Shown here: piece by piece, positions 24,220-40,350 of the stretch
How the letters are laid out: each line of letters starts with the position of its first letter
Numbering within the stretch: the first letter of the stretch is position 1
Origin: Selaginella moellendorffii
Lineage: Eukaryota > Plantae > Lycopodiophyta
Length of the DNA stretch: 64,000 bases
Reading direction: 5' to 3'
NCBI RefSeq assembly: GCF_000143415.4
Contig: NW_003314271.1
Coordinates: 1,904,806-1,968,805, forward strand
Notes under the pieces: model-generated
Databases searched by the model: none
The model's input: only the letters and a program-made list of their open reading frames with translations
Told to the model about the DNA's origin: nothing
Made by a program: the position numbers and the translations under genes

Positions 24220-26248
24220 TCATGGGAACTCTCTGTTTCTCAGGACAAATCGCCCGATCATCGTCCAAACTGCAACCCAGTCATGTGAATTTTATTTTAT
24301 TTTCACCAAGATCTCATCTTTTGAGCTTACTGTAAATCGCTGCTGCTGCCCATTCGTTTGCGATCTTCACCCACACGCTGGCCCAGCCAACATCGATGCT
24401 GTATCTGATCAAGGAAACACAAAGACTAGAAAAGAAGAATCCCAGAGCTTGTGCTCTTACTTGTGCATTGTTTGATGGAGGTTCCAGCCGATGAAAAGCA
24501 TGGCGAAGTACATGGAGCCGAGAGCAAAGACGAGGTGGAAGAAGCCATAGCCGTAAGGCACTTCGTCGTCAAGCTCGAAACTTTTCTTGGGCAGCTGATA
24601 CAAGAAGAAGAATCAAACAAGAGAAGATTGTGAGAGACAACGACTTACACAAAATGTTTGTGAGTCTGTTCCGGTGGAATACGCAGCCATCACAATTGCC
24701 GCTAAGGCAATCACGAAACTCTGAAACTTCCCCACTATGGAATTAAACATTCAGTGAGTGTCAATGCTTACCAACAGAGTTAACCAGTCGCTCTTCCCGG
24801 TTTGTCTCGGTCTTGTGTTGCATGCCTCGGACAATGGCTCACTGCAAAAATTGAAGCTTGTGAGGTTTTACCCAAGAAAAAAGAGATTTTTGTACCTCAT
24901 TATGGCTGACCAGCAGAGAAAGCACAGATAAACCGACATTAACCCCGAGGTCATCAGTCCAGCATTCACCTAGAAGGAAAAAACGATGAAGAAAAACTCC
25001 ATTTGTATGTGCAATACTTGCCTTGGAGTGGAGAGAAATAGCGGTCATGACATTGATGAGAATGGCCGTCCAGGAAGTGAAAAAGATGTTGAGCGTGCAA
25101 GATATATGTGGAGCAAACCACAGGCTCATGTACGTTGTGGCAACGATCGAGGCTCCAAAGCTGACAAAAGCAACCACAAGCATGGGAGCCTTGCTACACA
25201 AAAACAAGAAGGTAAAGAAGATATATCAAAAGGAAAGTAGCACAAGATATATCAATGTTAACTTACACACCATCTCTCCTCGGAGAACCACTGTTCGTTC
25301 CACCAGTATATGAAATTGATAACGCTCAGAAGCTGGATAAGAAGGAAAATCCTACAAGGAAAACACTTGTTACGTTTTCTTGCAAGAAAAAAGAAAGTTT
25401 TACCCAGCTCCATAGCGTGCCACTTCACCTGTTAAGCAAAAGAGAGTGGAAGATCTCACGGTGAGCGTTTGTATCGTAGAGCTTGTGTAACTTACCATAG
25501 ATGTGGATAAACGACGGAGGAACAAGGAAGGGTAGCACCATGAGAATCACCCACATAACGCCTTTGGCAGGCCACCATCTGTTGTGCCAAACATCTCGCG
25601 CTCCATACAGACGCGTTGTTCCAACGGTTGTCACAAACATGGCGAGGAAGAACACCTTCAAGTTCCAAGTTGTCTGCGTCAAGGAAAGACACTCGAAGAA
25701 AGAAAAACTCGCCGGGAACCAGAGGAGCTAAAACCTTGATAGCAACTTTGGAAAGAAATATGAAGTACTGGCTTGAAACTTTGAGTGGAGAAGAGTCGTG
25801 ACAAAGAAGATAACCTTACACTGACAGATTGAGGGATAGAACTTCAGATGCAGGATCATACAAGTTCAGCTTAGGAACTCTGGAAAAACAAACTCAACAA
25901 TGAATGAAAGTTTTCTCCAAAGGATACAAAGCAGCCAAAACTGATGCGAAGAACACCTTCCGATCCAAGACAGTTGTGGCCTCCAAGGCAACCCTCCAAA
26001 TCTGATACACACATCTTCAAACCAATAAAAGCTTGGGATAAAAAATGGAAGAATAAAGAGAAACGAAACTTACAATGAAGCTCGGAGAGAGCCCTGTGGC
26101 TGTAGTCTCGCACCACCCAGGCGATGAGAGTGGTGAGCATGAAAATAATCCCATAGATATAGCGGGCAGCGCTTCCATGGGCAATGGAACACGACAATGG
26201 CTTGATGCTTTCTAGCGAGGCGTGATCGCGGGAGCTCTCCAGATCCAT
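24220..26248 (-). CDS. Serine incorporator (SERINC/TMS membrane protein)
   Basis: ARYIYGIIF, GSEGVLRISFG, RDVWHNRWWPAK, GLMTSG, YGFFHLVFALGSMYFAMLF and DVGWASVWVKI. Confidence 0.93.
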
Positions 26249-27400
26249 TTTTTTTCTCTTCGAAGTGTTCTTGAGCAAAACACACACACACACACGCAAC
26301 ACTGGGAATGATTAAGAATCTATTTGAGGAAGTGGCTACCGAGCGATCCCCATCGAGCTCTACGAGAAAGTGCGCGTATTTTCCACCCAAAAAAAGTGCG
26401 AGTCCATTTTCGAGCTACATAGCAAGAACAGAAACCCTAAAACAGAACAGTCCGCATGTGAAAGTTGTGTAGGAAAACTTTAAAAAAGTCATTTAAAATC
26501 ACAGCAACTGGTAAGGATTGTATTCAGAAGTATGCAGCAAAACTCCTCCCTTGGCACCCTCCCAACTGCTTCTTCACCACAATCTTTGTCACCTGTGCAA
26601 GGGCTTGCATCATACGATTCACCATCTACTGTAAATTGTTCACAAGGAAGGTTTTGTAGATGTGTTGATTCAAATAATCGTTTGTACTAATTCAGTTTTT
26701 CAGATTATATGACTTTTAAATAATTTAAAGTATAATAACAATTGTTATTACTTTATGAAACACTTTTTAAACTTTTTTTTTAAAAAATCATATGTATGTT
26801 ACAATGAAAAAAAAAACTCATTAATTTGTCACCTACATAAGATTTTAGAATTCCATAGATGTCTTTAATCATCATTGAATTCACTTACAAAGAACTTTGC
26901 AATTCATATTAATATTGACCAATACTAAAAATATTTTCCTTAAAAAAAATTTATTGATTAAAATATTTATGTCAAATGGTATAATTTTTATTACTAAATG
27001 TTCTTAAGGAAGAAAGTAAAAAGTGGGAGTGTTCAATTTTTTATGTTTGTTATTCATGTGTCAATTTTTCCTTGCAAAGAATTGAATAACTATGAATAAA
27101 GGTCTTTTGACAAAAGTATACTCATTAAAAGGTATTTTTGACAAACAAAGTGATCAAATAAAATATAAGCATTTTTTATGTATATGTTATTAGTTAATAC
27201 CATCAACATACCATGACTGAAACAAAACCCAAAGTCATAGCAAAAATATTAATTGACTTCCTTTTTGACCTAAAAGGGTCTTGTAAAATATGTGGCAGGA
27301 TATGAAATCCCAATGAGTTAATGGCCAAAACATTATAGAGAACCTCCTTTTTGTTCTTCAAATCTTGAGTACATTTCCTATTTCTACCTGACACTCTAGC

Positions 27401-27474
27401 TTGAAGACTTAGCTTTGGCTTCTGTCCAACGACCCGATTGAAGACTTAGCTTTGGCTTCTGTCCAACGACCCGA
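27401..27474. repeat. 37-bp perfect tandem duplication
   Basis: TTGAAGACTTAGCTTTGGCTTCTGTCCAACGACCCGA x2. Confidence 0.9.
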
Positions 27475-27714
27475 TCGTATGGCCCATCAGTCAATCGAGA
27501 GCGATGAAGCGAGTGCATCGAGGATCAACGTCCACCCGGTTCTCAAGGGCCGTCCCAAAGGAGTTCAAGTTAGGGTTCCTCAAAGACACGCAGGCCAAGA
27601 CACTATGGCCCGTATAAAAGAGGCTCGGCAATACTCGGAACCACCGGAGATAATGCGGTTCTTTCTAAATATAAAAAAATTTCACAAGCAAAACCTCAGC
27701 TTCTTTTCTCGAGC

Positions 27715-29852
27715 TTAATCAACCTCCTCGATCTTGGGACCGGCGCCGGCCCCAGCCCCGGCACCACCACCTCCAGCACCCGGATACCCGCCAGCTCCAG
27801 CACCGGGCATGGGCATATCACCCGGGGCCCCTCCAGCTCCCTGGTACATCCTCGCAATTATGGGGTTGCAGATGCTCTCCAGCTCCTTCATCTTGTCCTC
27901 AAATTCGTCCGCCTCGCCCAGCTGGTTCTGATCCAGCCACTGAATGGTCTGCTCCACCGCGTCCTCAATCTTCTTCTTGTCGTCAGCATCCAGCTTCCCG
28001 GCGATCTTGTCATCCCGGATGGTGTTCCTCATGTTGTAGGCGTAGTTCTCCAACGAGTTCTTCGCCTCCACCTTCTTCTTGTGCTCCTCATCCTCGGACT
28101 TGTACTTCTCGGCCTCGGACACCATCTTCTCGATCTCGTCCTTGCTCAGCCGACCCTTGTCATTGGTGATGGTGATCTTGTTCTTCTGCCCAGTCGTCTT
28201 GTCCTCGGCCGACACGTTGAGGATGCCATTCGCGTCGATGTCGAAGCACACAGTGATCTGCGGGACACCCCGAGGCGCAGGAGGAATCCCAGAGAGCTCG
28301 AACTTGCCGAGCAGATTGTTGTCCCGGGTCCTCGTCCGCTCGCCCTCGTACACCTGGATCAACACTCCAGGCTGGTTGTCCGAGTACGTCGAGAACACCT
28401 GCTCCTTCTTCGTCGGGATGGTCGTGTTCCTGGGGATGAGCACCGTCATCACCCCTCCGGCGGTCTCCAGCCCAAGCGAGAGCGGCGTCACGTCCAGCAA
28501 GAGGAGGTCTTGGACCTTCTCGTTGCCTTCCCCGCTCAGGATGGCGGCCTGGACCGCGGCCCCATACGCCACCGCCTCGTCCGGGTTGATGCTCTTGCAC
28601 AGCTCCTTGCCGTTGAAAAAGTCCTGGAGCAGCTGCTGCACCTTCGGGATTCGGGTGGAGCCGCCAACGAGCACAACATCATGGATGCTGCTCTTGTCCA
28701 TCTTCGCGTCCCTCAGGCACTTCTCCACTGGCTCCATGCACTTCCTGAAGAGGTCCATGTTGAGCTCCTCGAACCTGGCGCGGGTGATGGTGGTGTTGAA
28801 GTCAATGCCGTCGAAGAGCGAGTCGATCTCGATTGTCGTCTGCGCGGTGGACGAGAGAGTCCTCTTGGCGCGCTCGCAAGCGGTCCTCAGTCTCCTCAGC
28901 GCCCGGGGATTTCCACTGATATCCTTCTTGTACTTGCGCTTGAATTCCTGGACGAAGTGATTCACCATCCTGTTGTCGAAGTCCTCACCACCCAAGTGAG
29001 TATCTCCGGCAGTCGCCTTCACCTCGAAGATGCCCTCCTCGATCGTCAGCAGCGAGACGTCGAAGGTTCCGCCACCCAGATCGAAGATGAGGACGTTCTT
29101 CTCGCCAGCGCTCGTCGCCTTCTTGTCCAGACCGTAGGCGATGGCCGCGGCGGTAGGCTCGTTGATGATCCTCATGACGTTCATGCCCGAGATGACACCA
29201 GCGTCCTTGGTGGCCTGCCTCTGCGAATCGTTGAAGTAAGCGGGCACCGTGATGACCGCGTTCTTCACAGTGGCGCCCAAGAAGGCCTCGGCAATCTCCT
29301 TCATCTTGTTCAGGACCATGGAAGAGATCTCCTCGGCCGCGAAGGTCTTCTCCTCGCCCTTGTAGGTGACCGTGATCATCGGCTTCTCGGCGGCACCAGC
29401 AGTGACCTTGAATGGCCACAACTTCATGTCGCTTTGGACCGAAGAGTCCGAGAATCGCCTGCCGATCAAACGCTTCGCATCTGAGAAAGAAATCGCACAA
29501 GAACAGTCAGACGAGAGGTCCGAGAACTAGATCTACATGAAGAACATCAAGAAAAAGCTAGATTTCGACAAGAAAAGGCTAGATTTCGACTAGAACACGC
29601 AGATTTCGATCGAAATTCCTAGATCTAGTAGAGATTCCACTCACCGAAGACAGTGTTGACGGGATTCATCGCGACCTGGTTCTTGGCGGCATCGCCAATC
29701 AGCCGCTCCGTGTCGGTGAAGGCCACATACGATGGCGTCGTCCTGTTTCCTTGATCATTGGCGATGATCTCCACCCGATCGTGCTGCCACACACCGACGC
29801 AAGAATACGTCGTGCCCAGATCAATCCCCACAGCGGGACCTTCTTTCGCCAT
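27715..29852 (-). CDS. HSP70: Cytosolic heat shock protein 70 (2 exons; intron 29481-29644)
   Basis: [35 protein letters not shown] and C-terminal GPKIEEVD. The intron is at the conserved NTVF|DAKR position. Confidence 0.98.
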
Positions 29853-29903
29853 AGCTGAATCTCACAACCTCTCTTCTTTTCCTCTCTTCTTTGGGAGGGC
29901 TTC

Positions 29904-30018
29904 TTTATAAAGACCGGCACGGTTCTAGCAGAACTTTCTAGAAAACCCGGGCACCCACAAGCCGTAGGATCGCGTCTCGGCGCCATCCCGCCGTCCACGC
30001 CTTCGTGAATATTCTAGA
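29904..30018 (-). promoter_or_regulatory. HSP70 promoter: TATA box and two heat-shock elements
   Basis: TATAAA at about 29904-29912. nGAAn arrays GAActTTCtaGAA (29931-29943) and TTCgtGAAtaTTCtaGA (30002-30018). Confidence 0.85.
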
Positions 30019-30173
30019 TGCATCGGGCCATTCCGGGCCGAAGCCGTTAGATCAAGGTGAGTCACCCACCGATCTGAACCGTCGGTTATAGGGCGCTTTT
30101 AGGGCCACGTCCGTACATCCAAATTTATTCCGTCCGTACGAAGAGTACATTCGCCGGGAATATGCCTTCGTCA

Positions 30174-30449
30174 CTATCCTCCGCTCACTGGCGGGATGAG
30201 GGCTACTTCATCGCCGTGCTTGAGCTGCGATGGCTCGCAAACGTACTCGTGATTGAGCGCTACAATGAGAACGCTCTTGATCTCCTCCAATCCCGGGAAT
30301 CGCGATAGCAATTCTTCCATACAATCGCGCGTGGTGGAGCTCGCCCGTAGCTCCAGTTTCATCTGCGACACACCCACGATCTCGCGCGCCCTCGCGAAGA
30401 ACAGCACCTCGACCACGACATTGTCATTCTCCTTGCCCTGCGATTCCAT
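30174..30449 (-). CDS. CNX7: Molybdopterin synthase sulfur carrier subunit (MoaD/MOCS2A)
   Basis: VEVLFFARAREIVG...VALNHEY...GDEVALIPPVSGG* with C-terminal GG. Start is at 30449 or 30458. Confidence 0.93.
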   Translation of the reverse strand: MESQGKENDNVVVEVLFFARAREIVGVSQMKLELRASSTTRDCMEELLSRFPGLEEIKSVLIVALNHEYVCEPSQLKHGDEVALIPPVSGG

Positions 30450-30513
30450 GGAGAGCATTAGGGCATAGGACAAATGCTAGGGCAAACGCTATGATCTTAG
30501 ATCTGGCGGAGGG

Positions 30514-32114
30514 ATGATCGCGGGATTGAGCGCGGAGGAGGCGCGGGCCATCTCCAGGATAAATGTGGGCGCCTCCGCCTTCTCCTTCGCTGGATCCTTC
30601 TTCATCGTCGCGTGCTTCCTCCTCTTCAAGGAGCTTCGCAAGTTCTCATTCCGCCTCGTCTTCTACCTCTCGCTCTCTGTAAGTTCTTTGGATTCCATTC
30701 GAGCTCTTCATTCCAATCTCTCTTCTTTTTTGCCAGGATATGTTTTGCAGCTTCTTCAATCTCTTAGGGTAAGCTTTCTTCCAGCTTTCGATCGTCTCTA
30801 TCGTTTTTCCTTTTGTTTCTTCGATCACTCACAGTGGTGCAGTGATCCTGGAAGATGATTTCTTCCAACTTTCTATTGTTTCTATCGTTTTTTTCCTTTT
30901 GTTTCTTCGTGATCCTGGAAGACGATTTCTTCCAACTTTCTATCGTTTCTATCGTTTTTTTCCTTTTGTTTCTTCGCTTGTGGCTGGATTCACTCACAGT
31001 GGTGCAGTATGGCAGTGATCCTGGAAGACGAGGCTTCTTGTGCTACATGCAAGGCTACTGTACGCAGTTCTTCTCGGTGGCATCGTTTCTATGGACGACC
31101 GCCATCGCGTTTACGTTGCATCGAACTGTGGTGAGGCACAAAACAGATGTGGAAGAGCTCGGTCCAATCTTTCATCTTTACGTCTGGGGTATGCTCTTCC
31201 TCGCACAAAGTTTCATGGTTTTACACCACTTCTCCATGTTTTCCAGGAGCTTCTCTTATCATGACTGTTCTTCCATCTGTGGGAACTGACTATGGCGAAG
31301 TTGGAGCTTGGTGCTGGGTGCAGACCAAAGCCGGAGAGGTAATCTCTTTGCTTGGAGCTTCTCTATTGTGTGATCGATCCATTTTCTTTGTTCCAGGTCC
31401 TTCGGTTTATAAGTTTCTACGTTCCCTTGTGGGGGGCCATCTTGTTCAATGGTTTTATTTATTTCCAAGTTACTCGTATGCTCAACTATGCGAGCCGTGT
31501 AAGCAAGCAAGAGGGTCTCTTTTTTCCGCGATATGGAACTTCTTGCTTTTGCAGATGGCTGCTGGCATGTCGGATCGACAGCGCCAAGTGGAGATAAAAG
31601 CCGATCTTAAGGTATAACTCGCGTTGTCGCTGGTTTTAAACTTTGGTTTGATTTTTCTTCTCTTAGATTATGAACAGGCTGGGATACTATCCTCTGATTT
31701 TAATCGGTTCCTGGACGTGTGGGACAATGAATCGCATCCAAAGCTTCATTGCTCCACAGCGTCCAGTCTTCTGGCTGTGCTTGCTGGACGTAGGCACTGC
31801 CTCTCTCATGGTCCGTGCCTCTATCCAATCGCTACGAGAGTCCGTATAAAGAGTAGAGTTTCTTACATTATTCTTGTTCCAGGGCCTCTTCAATTCCATA
31901 GCCTACGNNNNNNNNNNNNNNNNNNNNNNNNNNNNNNNNNNNNNNNNNNNNNNNNNNNNNNNNNNNNNNNNNNNNNNNNNNNNNNNNNNNNNNNNNNNNN
32001 NNNNNNNTTTGACGCAGATACTGGCCAGAGCAGTACAGGTGGTCTAAGCTGCGAGGCTTTGCCGAAAGCGAAATGACTCCATTGAGCTCGTCTGACCCAG
32101 GGTCTCACCTGTAA
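30514..32114 (+). CDS. GCR1: G-protein-coupled receptor 1-like (cAMP-receptor-like 7TM), multi-exon, spans a gap
   Basis: FKELRKFSFRLVFYLSLS, CYMQGYCTQFFSVASFLWTTAIAFTLHRTVVRHKTDVEEL, FYVPLW, RLGYYPLILIGSW and GLFNSIAY. Confidence 0.93.
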
Positions 32115-32223
32115 ATGTCCTCCTTTTGGTCGTCCCTTGATAGCTAGCACCGCGTGCTGCTCGACGAGTGGAATAAAACGATGATGTAAGATACTCTCCC
32201 GAATTGACAGAGCAGAACGCACT

Positions 32224-35056
<2,833 letters not shown>

Positions 35057-35308
35057 AGCACGAAAATATACGCCCTAAAGCGCAAAACGAGACCATAGAA
35101 CTTATAGAAGTTTTCACATAATTTATAGAACTTGGGGGCTTATCTCATCACCATAGCCGCAGTCTTTGAGTTCCCATAGAACTTTAGTCGCAGAGAATAG
35201 AAGTTTTCACAGCCTTTGTCGACCACTCATCGATGCGCGTTCCCAAGGACTGATACGTAGAAGCAGGCATATCGCAGAGAATAGAAGTTTTCACAGGAAG
35301 GACATCTC

Positions 35309-36170
35309 TTATCGAAGAGCTTCTCGCATCACCATAGCCAGAGTCTTTGCGTTCCCAAGGACTGTGTCGAAGCTCTCGAGCAGTGTGGCGCTGGACGATG
35401 CGAGGACGAGCCTCTGGATGCGCTCCATCTTGTCGGGGCTCAAACTTAGCGTCAAGCTCATCGCCTCCGGAGCGTGAGCGGACTTTGCCTGGCTCACCGA
35501 GAGCTTGATCTCCGTCGTACCTGTGATGTCTTCCAGCTCCTCGAAGCTGGCTCCATCGTCTTCTTCTTGTTCGTAGCCTTCCTCTTCCTCCGAGTCTGGA
35601 ATCACGTCTGCTGTGCTGAAACCGATGCGGCGACGCTGCTGGTGCTGGTGCTGATGCTTACGCTTGCTTCCCCTCCGCTGCCTCTTGAAAATGTAAACTT
35701 TGAAAGCCAGAGACTTCGCGTTGTGGAGATGGAAGAGGCACACGTCCCCTCTCTCGAGGCCGTGAGAGGTGCTGAAAAGCTTCCAGCCGNNNNNNNNNNN
35801 NNNNNNNNNNNNNNNNNNNNNNNNNNNNNNNNNNNNNNNNNNNNNNNNNNNNNNNNNNNNNNNNNNNNNNNNNNNNNNNNNNNNNNNNNGTCCGGGCCGA
35901 GCCGGGTTTGACGCTCTTTTGCAGCGGTCATGGCCTCCAGAAATCCGGGAAGCTCTTCGACGCGTTTTCCCCATGGAACACAAGCAGTTAGTTGCTGCTG
36001 CTGCTTCGACTTTATCGGCGGTGGGAGACTGTAGTCAGAGTCGTTCTTTTCAATATCCGGTAATGGAAGATCTATCAAACAAAAGCACGGAGTCAGAGAA
36101 AAACTTATGGACCAATCTTGGCATACTCTGAGTCTGAGAACCAGATGAGCTGCTGATCTCCATCCAAACA
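35309..36170 (-). CDS. B3 DNA-binding domain protein (REM-like); start uncertain, N gap inside
   Basis: GWKLFSTSHGLERGDVCLFHL...FKVYIF is the C-terminal half of a B3 domain, followed by an acidic tract. Confidence 0.75.
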
Positions 36171-36339
36171 CTGATGCAAGGAGCCACAAGACAACACGTA
36201 TGAAGACAGGATTTTTTTTCAGCTGATTTCAGTGTAAAACAGCTGTTGAGAAAACGTGAAACCTCCGCTGTACCTTATGTACCGGTACTATGAGAGTATA
36301 GCACGACAAACAAAAACCAAGCACAGTTGTTAAAAAAGA

Positions 36340-39300
36340 TTAAATTTGCTTAAATTGATTAATCTCCTCCAATACTTCATGTATCTGAGCAAAACAAAAC
36401 CTCCAGGCAGTCAGAAACAACAACAAAGGATTCTCTTCACCTCTGGTTTTTCATTAGAAACCACCCTGGTTATGTTCCTTACGGTCTGTCGAAATGATCG
36501 GCAATGGCTCGATCCATAAGGGCCCGCCGATGGAACTACGACACTCGGAGAAGAAAGCCTCTTGACGTGGCGTAGAATATAATTAGCTTTGGACAACTCG
36601 GTTTGCTTCGTTGGAAACAGAATAGTCATCTGAAGAACGAAAAAACATATCAATCATGTAGTAAGGCCATACGGAGAAAACTTATTTATCTCTGGCAAAC
36701 GACCTCTCACCCAGGACGACCCTCAGTCCAGCTTGTTCATTTCCGCCTGCATTCCCATTGCCTGCATGCACACATACATAGTCAGTATACAGGTAATAAT
36801 AATCTCCTTTCTTTCCTGATGTCCTTGACAAGTTTCTGTTCGCCATCGCTTTTAACCGAAGATTCTATAAGAGACAAACTCTGTAGGATATAAGAGCCGT
36901 TCAAATCCTCGTTTACTAGACAAAGTAATATAGCATATCGTCCCTGGAACCAAGGTTGCAAAACTGATAAAAGAAAAGAACTGAACTCTCTTACCAATAT
37001 GAAAGTTTTGGAGAAAGCTTTGGAGCTTTCTTACTGTTTGATCTTGCCAGGATCAACTCCGGGCACAGATCCTTCCCCCAGCCATAGGACTAACTCCGCC
37101 GAGACAGATCTTTCAGTTAAGACCGTGATGCTGAGCATGTTCCCGTAAAGCATTCTCTCCGTCAGCTTCACTATAACATTGTCTATAAAATTCAGCGTCA
37201 TAACAGAGAGACAGCCTTAACATGAGAAAAAACAAAACGTGGCCTTACACGATATCGTCAGAAACCAGGGAATCACTTTCGATTCATGGAAGCATTATGG
37301 TTGCCTGCGAATCAAAGAATGTGAAAATAAAGATAACAATCAAACATGCTTCTGCTAGAACCTGATCATCAGGTACGGTTCCGCTGAGTGACTGAAGTAC
37401 CGACAGAAAAAAGTGATAGCAGAAGAACAAGTAGTGCCTACGATAGCAAATTTCGACAAACTGGAGGGACAAAAGGGTCCGCTAGGTCGTCGGCAAGCTT
37501 CACGCATAGCAAGTTGCAAGCGGAAAGGCCGATTCTAGCTTTACCTGGCCTGACATTCCATCTCGACTCTGAAGTTTAACCATTCCATTTTCAATCTGTT
37601 TAAATCACACAAATATTAAAATCTTCATACAGTTGATGGATGACAAAAATTACCTCAATCATACCGAAAGATGGTCCGCAGTCCACTTCTGCAATATTAT
37701 AACTTTTAAACTTGTAGTGCAAAACTTAGAAGATACTCACCGTCACAACTCAAACTCTTGTCACTGGTGTTTGTCAAACCACTGAGTGCTACCTCATAAA
37801 GGGCACGAGGGAATGTGAGTCCGCCGTATCGGGCTTGCAATCCTGGCCTTAAGACCTTCAAAACCAGGAGCTTCGAGTCGATAAAATACCACGAAACCAA
37901 ATCAGTGGACGTACTCGGATACGAGAGTGTTCTAAACCACTGCTCAGGATGATGACACACCCCGAAGCTTTTGTAAGAAGCTCAAGGAGGTTCATCTGTG
38001 CAGCTGTGTAGCAGTCCCAGTTGTCTAAAGAACAAGAGCTGCTAGCCTTTTTTGAAAAGCCTTGTCAAGTGTGGAAAAGAACAAACCCAGTCTTACCTCG
38101 TCATCAGCTGCTAGAACAGATGAACTTGACACTATTAGCTTTACAGGTGAATTTGACTGCAGCAAAGTGGTTTCCAGCCAATTTCTTTGATGGTTTCCAA
38201 GAACGTCGCAGAAGTTAGAGTTTGACAATAACTTAGGCAGCTCTGATTCTGTAAAGGACAACATAAGTAAAGTGAAAGAAAAATACACTGCAGACCATTC
38301 AAGAACAGACTATCCTTGCCACAGCAACTCCCCATCCCAGTCTCTCCTCCGAGAAAATCCTCACACCTGTAAATGCAATGTGAACAGCTTGCGAACCAAA
38401 AAAACTTACCATGCACGATGCTCAGGAGAAGTTTTTGTCCTTGTAATGTCCTTGCAAAATGCTCTTTTAGTGTGGCATGGTAGCGGATCACGATAGTATC
38501 GAGTGTCTAAAAGGATGACATCAATCTCATAGCCTTTACTTTCTTGATTCAGCGTGTACTGGAAAGACAAAAAAAGCTTATCTATGTCCTTCAAACGTTT
38601 GTTAAATTTTATAGTACCTTCCATTCTATTCCACGACCACCATTCCTCCGAGGGCTGTCAAGACTTTCCCCAAGAGCATCTAAGAAAACTTGTTTCAAGG
38701 CATCCTTTTGAGGCAGCCGCTTATTTCCATGCCTCCTGTATAAACAGACATATATCAGTAAAGCAGCAGAGCCTTTAGCTTCATTACCATCCATAGTCGT
38801 GGTCACTATATGTTCCAAATATCCTTTTCGGGCACACTGCTGGATCAGCACCGGGAGGAGGAAACAAGCCTTTTTCTCGATGTCCAGGACACATGAACGC
38901 GAGAAACTGTAAAAAAATCGGAGCGCTCGCCTTGTCAATGAGAAAAAAAATGGAAAGAAAAGTTCGCAAAAAAGATTTGCCTGCGCATAGTCTGGATTGG
39001 CAAGCTGAACTTGCATCTTGCTGGCGGCATGCTCCAAGTCACCTAGAACAGAAGAATGCATCGAATCAAATAGACTATGATAAAAGAGAGAACGTTTCTA
39101 AAATCTAAACTCGCAAGTTCTCACCTGTCATACAAAAATGTGGAGGCTGTCTCAGCCAATCTGCCGAGCAATTGCACTGGTAGTGATTTGGAGAAGCATC
39201 GCAGTTCACTCGAGCTTCATCCAAGTAAGCCATATTACCGAGCCTGGAAAGTATTGTTTCTAGCTAAAACACCGAAAATGATCCATTCTCTTACCATATC

Positions 39301-39671
39301 CATGCGTGAGGATCGCTTGGAATGATCCCATGGACCCAGACCGGCTGAGCGCTGTAATCGTGAGAAGAAGACGATCCAAACGCGATCCTTGACACCCGGG
39401 GCCCCGATTTGCTACCAGAAATCCGCGTCGCGTCGTCGGGGAAGACGAAGCTCCAGCAGATTACGAGGCCGATCGAGCACAGGACGAAGAGCGCGACGAG
39501 AGCAATGACAAAGGCTTGCTGCGGGATTTAGGTCGGCATTGTAGAGCTCGATCGAGGAGGAAACGAGAGACTTACGCGATTGAGGCGGGACGACCGGCGC
39601 CTGGAGGGGAGATTATGGAGCGCGCGCGCCGTGCGATTGCTGTACAGCGCCTGGGCGCTAGCTCTCCTCAT
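36340..39671 (-). CDS. PhoD-like (alkaline phosphatase D) metallophosphoesterase with an N-terminal membrane anchor and long C-terminal extension
   Basis: RIAFGSSSH, HAWIW..NMAYLD, GTY|DDHDYG, IDVILLDTRYYRDP, DFLGGETGM and SSSVLA. The hydrophobic segment is FVIALVALFVLCSIGLVICW. Both ends are inferred. Confidence 0.8.
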
Positions 39672-39835
39672 CGAACAAGAAGAAAACTTACTCTTTCCCT
39701 TGGCAAGCAACCATCAATTATAAATGCCACATACTTTTCTAAGGAAATGCCAAATACACCGAGGAACATTCCTTCGATCCAAGAAACAAAGTAAAAATCA
39801 AAGTAAAAGTAGTTACAATAGTTTCAACTCTTTGC

Positions 39836-40228
39836 TCAAGACACTTCTTTTGGGGCTACTTCTTTTGGGGGATTTGCATCTCCCTTTGGAGGCTCCGGCC
39901 AGTACGAGGTCGCCTTTCCACTCTTTGACACCGCCTCTAGCACTTGTTCCGGCTTGAGGCTGCTCGTTGTCACCGAAACTTTTTGCTCCTTGAGATCAAT
40001 CTCGAATTTGTCCACTCCTGCGAAACCAACAGAGTCGATCTAGAAGCTTTCGAGCAGCAAAAATGGAGTAACAAACCTTCCAGCTTGCCAAGGACTCGCT
40101 TCACTGCACCAACACATCCCTGACAGGACATTGCCACTTTGAGCTCCACAATCTGGAATGAAAGCAAGAAAAAAAATTTCAACAATTGGGAAAGCAAAAG
40201 AAACCGAGCTAGTCCAAACCTCCGGCAT
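39836..40228 (-). CDS. Copper chaperone ATX1/CCH-like (HMA domain)
   Basis: MPE|[25 protein letters not shown]|[14 protein letters not shown]...[11 protein letters not shown]; contains the MxCxxC motif. Confidence 0.93.
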
Positions 40229-40350
40229 GTTGCTGATGAGTGAAGCTGCAATAAAATCGTTGGCCCTTTCACCTTCGATAATGTCACCTATTAAAGTACC
40301 TGAGTGTGGTCCACTCTACAGTTTCAAGAACTTTAACCAGAGTCCGATCT

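Noticed and set aside
28079-29484. Long + strand ORFs (293 and 467 aa) antisense to HSP70
   Set aside because: Well-known antisense shadow ORFs of GC3-rich HSP70 genes; no independent evidence.
29520-29630. Repeated AGATTTCGA motifs in the HSP70 intron as an enhancer
   Set aside because: The repeats are real but short and degenerate; function cannot be supported from sequence alone.
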